Part shown: positions 58,016 through 64,000 of the stretch, in pieces | How positions within the stretch are numbered: the first letter of the stretch is position 1 | How the letters are laid out: each line of letters opens with the position of its first letter | From: Candidatus Woesearchaeota archaeon | GTDB lineage: Archaea > Nanobdellota > Nanobdellia > Woesearchaeales > JAGVYU01 | DNA length: 64,000 bases | Direction: 5' to 3' | Assembly: GCA_043805595.1 (NCBI GenBank) | Contig: JAZDHV010000006.1 | Coordinates: 11,724-75,723, forward strand | Notes under the pieces: generated by a model | Database searches by the model: none | What the model was told of the DNA's origin: nothing | What the model saw: the letters and a program-made list of their open reading frames with translations, nothing else | Program-made: the position numbers and the translations under genes

Positions 58016-59446
58016 ATGTCACACTCAAAAAGGATAGCTGGAAATGCAGTGATATTGTTCACATCAAATGTATTGAGGCATGTACTATCATTTGTTCTTG
58101 TCGTATTGATTGCCAGGTACCTTGGGGATGAAGGATTAGGGCAATACAGTTTTGCATTTGCTTTTGTAAGCCTGTTTATAGTTTTCATTGACCTTGGCCT
58201 AGAGACATTCATGATAAGAGAGGTTGCAAGGGATGAAAGCAAAGTTAGAAAATATACAAACAATATCCTAACAATAAGACTTATTGCAGGAGTAATAGTG
58301 ATACTAGCTGCTACAATCATAGCCAAGCTGTCAAATCTTTCAAACCAAATGGTCTTCCTGATATTTTTAGGAAGTATTTCCTTATTCCTGATACAAATAT
58401 TGTATGTGTTTTGTGTTGCATTCATATCATTGCAAAAGACTGCATTTGATGCATTGTTTAAATTAGTTGAAAGGATAGCAGTATTCTTAATTGTGATTGG
58501 GGTATTATTAAGCGGCAAGGGAATATTAGGATTATTTATTGGAATAATAGCAGGAAGCTTTGTCTCAGTAATTTTTTCATTTATCATCACATCAATCAAG
58601 ATTGGACTGATCAAATTCCAATATGAAAAGGAATTCTGGATATATCTGCTCAAGAAATCATTGCCATTTCTCGCTACAAACATATTTCTTGTCATCTATT
58701 TCAGAATCGACACAGTAATGCTTGGATTTATCACAGATTATGCAGTTGTAGGCTGGTATAATGCAGCGTACAAGCTGATAGATGGATTATCATTTATCCC
58801 AATAGTCGGATTATTGGCAGTATATCCAGCAATGTCAAAATTCTTCAAGGAAAATAAGGAATATCTGAAAATCACTTTTGAAAGGACATTCAAGTACATG
58901 CTGATGCTGGCAATACCAATATCCATAGGAACAACATTCCTGGCAGCAAGGCTTATTGAATTCCTGTATAAGATTGAGTTTTCACAATCAGGCCTGGCAT
59001 TGCAGATATTGATATGGGCAGAATTATTTGTGTTCCTGAATTATGTGATGGGATACCTGCTGAATTCCATCAATAAACAGAAATTGTTTGCAATAGTCTC
59101 TGGGATTGCAGTTTTAGTGAATGTTATACTCAACCTGCTATTAATCCCATCGCTAAGCCTGTATGGAGCAGCAATAGCAACAGTGATAACACAATTGATC
59201 AATTTCTTCATGCTCTATTATCTTGCATCAAAGAATGGATTCAAATTAAAATTGTTCAGGATGAGCTATAAGATGATAATTGCAGGCATGATAATGGGAA
59301 TCTTGATCTATTATTTATTAGACCTGCACATCCTGCTGATAATCCCTATTGCAGGAATAGCATATTTTATCATATTGCTGATCACAAGATCAATAGGAAA
59401 AGAAGAATTTGATGTAGTCAAGCAGTTTTTTCACAAAAGTCCTTAA
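58016..59446 (+). CDS. Wzx-type oligosaccharide flippase (MOP/polysaccharide biosynthesis protein family)
   Basis: 476 aa; ~12-14 TM; N-terminal AGNAVILFTSNVLRHVLSFVLVVLIARYLGDEGLGQYSFAF typical of Wzx/RfbX/AglR. Confidence 0.8.
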   Translation: MSHSKRIAGNAVILFTSNVLRHVLSFVLVVLIARYLGDEGLGQYSFAFAFVSLFIVFIDLGLETFMIREVARDESKVRKYTNNILTIRLIAGVIVILAATIIAKLSNLSNQMVFLIFLGSISLFLIQILYVFCVAFISLQKTAFDALFKLVERIAVFLIVIGVLLSGKGILGLFIGIIAGSFVSVIFSFIITSIKIGLIKFQYEKEFWIYLLKKSLPFLATNIFLVIYFRIDTVMLGFITDYAVVGWYNAAYKLIDGLSFIPIVGLLAVYPAMSKFFKENKEYLKITFERTFKYMLMLAIPISIGTTFLAARLIEFLYKIEFSQSGLALQILIWAELFVFLNYVMGYLLNSINKQKLFAIVSGIAVLVNVILNLLLIPSLSLYGAAIATVITQLINFFMLYYLASKNGFKLKLFRMSYKMIIAGMIMGILIYYLLDLHILLIIPIAGIAYFIILLITRSIGKEEFDVVKQFFHKSP

Positions 59447-60344
59447 GGATTTTTAACCCATCACCCAAAGAGGTTTTTGGAGTGAAATTGCAGAGTTCTT
59501 CCATCTCTTCTGAAGAGCCGATGAATGAGATTGGCTCAGCTGTTGTTCCTTGAGTGATTATATCTGGATTTTCTATTCCAAAAGTTTTTGCCGCCTCAAG
59601 AATGAGTTCTTTTATTGTCAAAGGATTTCCAATACAAAAGTCAATCACTTTGTTGCTGGCTTTTTCGCTTTCAATTATTTTCAAGATGCCCTCAATAGCA
59701 TCATCTATAAACATTGCATCTATAAGATTTGTGCCATCCCCTCTGATTGTAAACTCATGCTTGTTCTCGATTCCAAATGATCTTACTAATTGAGAGTATA
59801 TCTTTCTCTCAGGCTCATGAGGGCCATATGCTCCGAAAAACCTTACAATCACATAATCTGAGAGATTATGCCTCTCTTTATGAAAGAATTTAATGTATTG
59901 CTCTGCTGCAAGCTTTGAAATAGCATAAGGGAGAGTGGGATTTAAAGGTTGATCTTTTGCAGGACCTTTGATGCCATCATAAACTGCTCCAGATGAGAAG
60001 AATATGAGTCTTTTCCCTTTGAAATAAGTGAGGAAGTTAATTAAAGCTGTGACATTCAGCTCAAAATCAAGTTTTGGATCCTGCACAGAGATTGTTGGAT
60101 TAGCATTTGCAGCCAGATACAAGCAGATATCAAAATCATTGCTTGAAGATAAATATGTCTTGATCTGTTCTTTGTCCAAAAGATCACATTTAACAGGAGT
60201 TGTGTTGCTTAGAGAATTTTTATTTATGAATTCAGGAAAATCAGATGAAGAGTTGTAAAAAGCAAATATTTCCCAATCCTTTGGAGCCTTTAAAAGGAAA
60301 TTTTTTCCGATAAATCCAGAAGCACCTGTTACCAAAACTTTCAT
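59418..60344 (-). CDS. NAD-dependent sugar epimerase/dehydratase/reductase (SDR family)
   Basis: 308 aa; MKVLVTGASGFIGKNF Rossmann; YAISKLAAE (YxxxK). Confidence 0.75.
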   Translation of the reverse strand: MKVLVTGASGFIGKNFLLKAPKDWEIFAFYNSSSDFPEFINKNSLSNTTPVKCDLLDKEQIKTYLSSSNDFDICLYLAANANPTISVQDPKLDFELNVTALINFLTYFKGKRLIFFSSGAVYDGIKGPAKDQPLNPTLPYAISKLAAEQYIKFFHKERHNLSDYVIVRFFGAYGPHEPERKIYSQLVRSFGIENKHEFTIRGDGTNLIDAMFIDDAIEGILKIIESEKASNKVIDFCIGNPLTIKELILEAAKTFGIENPDIITQGTTAEPISFIGSSEEMEELCNFTPKTSLGDGLKILKDFCEKTA

Positions 60345-60361
60345 CCTTATTCACCTAATTA

Positions 60362-61330
60362 TCAATCCAATTTATCAACATTATCCTTAAACCATTCAAG
60401 GGAGAGCCTTATGCCTTCATCAATATCAATTTTTGGAGTATAACCCAGAATTTTATTTGCTTTATCAACAACTGGAACCCTATTCTTCACATCAGGATAG
60501 TCAATATCCTTAAAAACAATTTTTGAACTTGAACCCGAATGCTTAATAATCTTTTCAGCAAGCTCTTTTGTGGAGACTGAAGCAGAAGGATTTCCAATAT
60601 TAAATATATGGCCAATAGCCTCTTTTCTTTCAATCATGGCAAAAATCCCTTCAATAAAATCTGATACATAACACCAAGCTCTAATTGCAGAGCCATCACC
60701 ATGTATAGTTAAGCCATCTCCTTTAACAGAATTTATCAAGAAATTTCTGATAGCTCCCCCACCAACCTGCCTAGGACCATAAACATTGAAAGGTCTGACA
60801 GAACACACTGGAATATTGAATTCCTTATGGTATGAGAAAGACAATAGCTCTGATGAAAGCTTTGAAATAGCATAACTCCAACGAGGCTCTGTTATAGGCC
60901 CCTGGACTGTATTAGAATTTTCATCAACATTCTCTGCATCAGGACCATAAACTTCACTTGTCGAGAAATCTATCAGGATATCAATATCCTTGCCTTTGAC
61001 AGCTTCAAGAATATTGTATGTTCCGAACAAATTTACAGAGAATGTCTTAGCAGGGTGGTCAACAACATTCTTGACACCTGCAATAGCTGCCATATGCAAG
61101 AAGACTGTTGCAGAAGAACTTTCAACTGCATCTTTTAATACCTTTGTGTCAAGGACATTACCTCTTATAAAAGTAAGATTTTCATGATCTTTGAAAGGGC
61201 AAAGCTTTAAGGCATTTCTTTCACAATTATCATATATTGTGATCCTATTATTATCTATCAGTTTCTCAATAATATGGGAAGCAATGAAACCTGCCCCACC
61301 TGTAATGAAAATATTCTTGTTTTCTATCAT
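60362..61330 (-). CDS. NAD-dependent sugar epimerase/dehydratase (SDR family)
   Basis: 322 aa; IFITGGAGFIASHII; YAISKLSSE (YxxxK); element copy D lies in its upstream region. Confidence 0.8.
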   Translation of the reverse strand: MIENKNIFITGGAGFIASHIIEKLIDNNRITIYDNCERNALKLCPFKDHENLTFIRGNVLDTKVLKDAVESSSATVFLHMAAIAGVKNVVDHPAKTFSVNLFGTYNILEAVKGKDIDILIDFSTSEVYGPDAENVDENSNTVQGPITEPRWSYAISKLSSELLSFSYHKEFNIPVCSVRPFNVYGPRQVGGGAIRNFLINSVKGDGLTIHGDGSAIRAWCYVSDFIEGIFAMIERKEAIGHIFNIGNPSASVSTKELAEKIIKHSGSSSKIVFKDIDYPDVKNRVPVVDKANKILGYTPKIDIDEGIRLSLEWFKDNVDKLD

Positions 61331-61391
61331 TTTATAACCTAATTGTCAAGATTATTGATCAGCAACTTACCAAAACATTGATCAATAAATA

Positions 61392-61556
61392 CTAAAGAAC
61401 CACCAGTCATAGACTGGTGGGATTCAATAATTCCACGTCCATTACATCTAAGGACTGGTGGTTCTTAGTGCTCAGGAATTTTTCACTCCTGAAAGCTAAA
61501 TCAATCAAAGATTGCCACCAGTCAGAGACTGGTGGAAAATTCCTGACATTTTAATG
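61392..61556 (+). repeat. Palindrome-rich repeat element, copy D (near-identical to copy A)
   Basis: Identical to 1681-1810 over ~130 bp, then 4 substitutions/1 indel in last palindrome; palindromes 61400-61420 and 61515-61535. Confidence 0.85.
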
Positions 61557-61571
61557 GGTGAGTGTTCAATA

Positions 61572-62348
61572 TTATCCTATCAAATCCTTAATATCCTTAT
61601 ATTTTACCTTGCCTTGCTCAACCCTTTTTTTAGTCAATTCATTTGAGCTAATTATCGCATTTAGAAAATCTGAGCTGATGTCCTTCTTCAGGATCTCAAT
61701 ATTAGGCAAGAGGCAATGGCCTCCAATTATCCCAGGAAACATCAACGGCCTAGGAACCTTATGCTCAATATCCATTGTCTGAGTAGCAGAGAATCTTGTA
61801 ACAGCATTCTTGAAGTCAGCACCAAATTCCTGGCAAATCCTATCCATCTCCTGATGGAATGCAATGTTAATCGCATAATAGGTTGTCTCAAACAGTTTTC
61901 CAAGCTCAGAATCAACAGATGAGCCAAAAACCTCAGTCTTAAGGCCAAGTGACTCAAAATGCTCTTTAGCAAGCTTGGCTGATTCCTCATTAACCGGGCC
62001 GATGAATTTAACAAATTTCTTCAAGCCTTCAAGAAGCTTTGGATGCCTTCCCCTCACTGGACTATGGACCAGTTGAATATTTGTCTTTTCAAAAATTGAT
62101 CTTGTAGTGCCAGGCCTGACAGTTGAATTAATGATCACAAGCTTTGGCTTATATTCATTTATATAATTTATCACAATATCATTGAAATTGCCAAAAAAAG
62201 GAATGCATATATGCATGATATCAATCTGCTCAGTGATTTTGACAGGCTCAATATCTTTCTTAAAAACCTTGTATTTGCCTGATTCGTCCAAAAGTTCAAT
62301 CAGAGCAGATCCAATCTCCCCTGTTCCAATAATTAATACATTTTTCAT
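61572..62348 (-). CDS. Nucleotide-sugar dehydrogenase family protein (UDP-glucose/GDP-mannose dehydrogenase-like), short form lacking C-terminal domain
   Basis: 258 aa; N-terminal IIGTGEIGSALIELL Rossmann and GGHCLLPN (catalytic Cys motif GGxCxxKD-like); typical enzymes are ~430 aa. Confidence 0.55.
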   Translation of the reverse strand: MKNVLIIGTGEIGSALIELLDESGKYKVFKKDIEPVKITEQIDIMHICIPFFGNFNDIVINYINEYKPKLVIINSTVRPGTTRSIFEKTNIQLVHSPVRGRHPKLLEGLKKFVKFIGPVNEESAKLAKEHFESLGLKTEVFGSSVDSELGKLFETTYYAINIAFHQEMDRICQEFGADFKNAVTRFSATQTMDIEHKVPRPLMFPGIIGGHCLLPNIEILKKDISSDFLNAIISSNELTKKRVEQGKVKYKDIKDLIG

Positions 62349-62476
62349 TTTTTTATTATTTTATTATTTTATTTATTTATTTGTTTATTGGTTTATTTGT
62401 TTATTGGTTTATTTGTTTATTATAATTTATAATTTGATAACACTATTTGTTTATTATAATTTATAATTTGATAACA
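62341..62476. repeat. AT-rich microsatellite-like repeats plus 34-bp direct repeat x2 (atttgtttattataatttataatttgataacact)
   Basis: Seen directly in intergenic region between two minus-strand genes (tttattattttattattttatttatttatttgtttattggtttatttgtttattggtttatttg then 34-bp unit twice). Confidence 0.7.
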
Positions 62477-63462
62477 CTTTTTGTCTTTGATGACTCCAAT
62501 ATCTTCAAAGCCAATTCAAGAGCCAATAAACCCTGCTCACCAGTCACTTTTGGATCCTTATTCTCCTTAATACATTCTATAAAGGATTCAAGCTCAAGCC
62601 TCAAAGGCTCCTGCTTCTGGATATTTATCTTCATCATATCTCCAGCTGTGACTGACAATATTGAGCTGGAATAATCATAATCTTCACTGGCACTGTTCTT
62701 ATAAAAATAAAGCTCTTGAGTAAGATAATTAAGCCTGAACATCCCTTTTTCACCAGTAATTGACAATTCCCTTATGACAACTGGAGTGAGCCAGTCAATA
62801 TTTAACAATCCAATAACACCATTCTCAAAAGAAAGCTGTGAGCAAAGCATATCCTCATTTGAAGAATGAATCCTTTTTTCAGTCTGCGCATAGATATGAG
62901 TGATTCTAGAATTGTTAATATTGGAAATAATGTCAAGATCGTGGACTGCCAAATCTATAACCACACCAACATCCAATATTCTTGTAGGAAAAGGCGATGA
63001 CCTTGCAACTGAAAATTTGTAAATCTTGCCAATCTCCTTATTATCAACCCTTTTTTTCAGCTCTGTGACAGCTGGATTAAACCTCTCAACATGACCAACC
63101 ATCAATTTTACATTCTTCTCCCTTGCCTTGCTGATGATATCCTGTGCATCTTCAACAGTTGAAGCAATTGGCTTTTCAATAAGAACATTAATCCCCTTGT
63201 CAATCACATCAAAGGCAACCTGCTTATGAAGAGAGGTAGGAACTGCAATGATTACAGCATCTAATTTTTCTGAATCCAGCAAATTTTTGTAATCAATATA
63301 TTGCTTGACCTTGTAAATAGAAGAAATCTTGTTCAATTGATCTGAATTGGCATCTGAGATTGCAACTAGATTAACATTATCAATCTCATTCAATAATCTC
63401 ACATGGTTTTTTCCCATGTTTCCAGTTCCGATCACAGCAAAATTTAGCTTTTCCATTTTCAT
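62461..63462 (-). CDS. Gfo/Idh/MocA family NAD(P)-dependent sugar oxidoreductase (WbpB-like UDP-sugar 3-dehydrogenase candidate)
   Basis: 333 aa; FAVIGTGNMGKNHVRLL ... AVIIAVPTSLHKQVAFDVIDKGINVLIEKPIA classic family signature. Confidence 0.8.
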   Translation of the reverse strand: MKMEKLNFAVIGTGNMGKNHVRLLNEIDNVNLVAISDANSDQLNKISSIYKVKQYIDYKNLLDSEKLDAVIIAVPTSLHKQVAFDVIDKGINVLIEKPIASTVEDAQDIISKAREKNVKLMVGHVERFNPAVTELKKRVDNKEIGKIYKFSVARSSPFPTRILDVGVVIDLAVHDLDIISNINNSRITHIYAQTEKRIHSSNEDMLCSQLSFENGVIGLLNIDWLTPVVIRELSITGEKGMFRLNYLTQELYFYKNSASEDYDYSSSILSVTAGDMMKINIQKQEPLRLELESFIECIKENKDPKVTGEQGLLALELALKILESSKTKSVIKL

Positions 63463-63471
63463 TCCAGATTT

Positions 63472-64000
63472 TTATTCTGGATTGTTCAGTATATTCACAA
63501 TATTTTTAAGATCTTTCATCGAGACAGAAGGATGGATTGGCAATGACAACACTTCTTGACATACTTTTTCAACAACAGGAAGAGACATATTACCAAAAAT
63601 CTCTTTTAAAGCATCCTGCCCATACAGAGGAATAGGATAAAATATTGAAGTCTGAATACCATTTTTTTCAAACAATTTTATCAGATCAGCCCTTGACAAA
63701 GGATACTCATCAGTAACCCTGATAGTATACTGATGGAAGACATGCTTAATATTAGGCTCGACTTTTGGAGTGACTATTCCTTTGTATGATATGTTGTCGC
63801 TGAGAAACTTTGCATTCTCAATCCTAGATTCATTAAAATCATCAATTTTACCTAATTGCACCAATGCAATTGCTGCCTGCAAATCTGTCATCCTGTAATT
63901 AAAACCAATGATCTTATGCCTATAGCGCTCTTCCTGGCCATGATTTCTCAAAAGCCTTAAGGAATTATTAATTTTAGAATCTTTAGTAGTTATAAGGCCT
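63472..64000 (-). CDS. DegT/DnrJ/EryC1/StrS-family PLP-dependent sugar aminotransferase (C-terminal part; gene continues beyond window)
   Basis: C-terminal portion RNHGQE..YRHKIIGFNYRMTDLQAAIALVQLGKID; reading frame open to window edge. Confidence 0.75.
   Translation of the reverse strand, partial: GLITTKDSKINNSLRLLRNHGQEERYRHKIIGFNYRMTDLQAAIALVQLGKIDDFNESRIENAKFLSDNISYKGIVTPKVEPNIKHVFHQYTIRVTDEYPLSRADLIKLFEKNGIQTSIFYPIPLYGQDALKEIFGNMSLPVVEKVCQEVLSLPIHPSVSMKDLKNIVNILNNPE

Noticed and set aside
1681-61556. Integrated provirus or plasmid between the direct repeats
   Set aside because: No integrase, capsid, terminase, replication or conjugation genes recognised; content is envelope/glycosylation genes, so treated as a variable chromosomal island with repeat boundaries.

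Overview
Low-GC (about one third G+C by eye) archaeal chromosome segment. AglB oligosaccharyltransferase, three TrmB-family regulators, a geranylgeranyl reductase, a Bat-type HTH_10 regulator, a MEMO1-family protein and an intron-containing tRNA all point to Archaea, possibly a DPANN or other uncultured lineage. Most of the window (about 9.4-64 kb) is a cell-envelope / protein-glycosylation island. It encodes a 1565-aa multi-TM surface protein, a 1417-aa secreted cadherin-like adhesin, an S-layer-like protein, AglB, four GT2 polyprenol-phosphate glycosyltransferases, three GT9 (heptosyltransferase-like) genes and a split ADP-heptose-type pathway (PfkB kinase, GmhB phosphatase, cytidylyltransferase-like adenylyltransferase). 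It also carries a Wzx-type flippase, several SDR sugar epimerases, a Gfo/Idh/MocA + DegT pair, a NUDIX hydrolase, SAM methyltransferases and at least three large GT-C-like polytopic membrane proteins. Two nearly identical ~165-bp palindrome-rich elements (1681-1846 and 61392-61556, same orientation) bracket ~59.7 kb including this island. The left copy sits next to a candidate tRNA-Trp(CCA) that appears to carry two introns and is followed by a degenerate, re-duplicated copy of the same element; a short fourth copy lies at 25262. Mirror-image cassettes (TrmB regulator divergent from an acidic protein plus a stand-alone PEP-utilizing swivel-domain protein) sit at both ends of the island. A compositionally distinct block (20.3-27.0 kb) holds four uncharacterized genes including a paralogous pair. 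No rRNA, CRISPR array, integrase or transposase was recognised. All functional calls come from motif recognition by eye; no searches were run.
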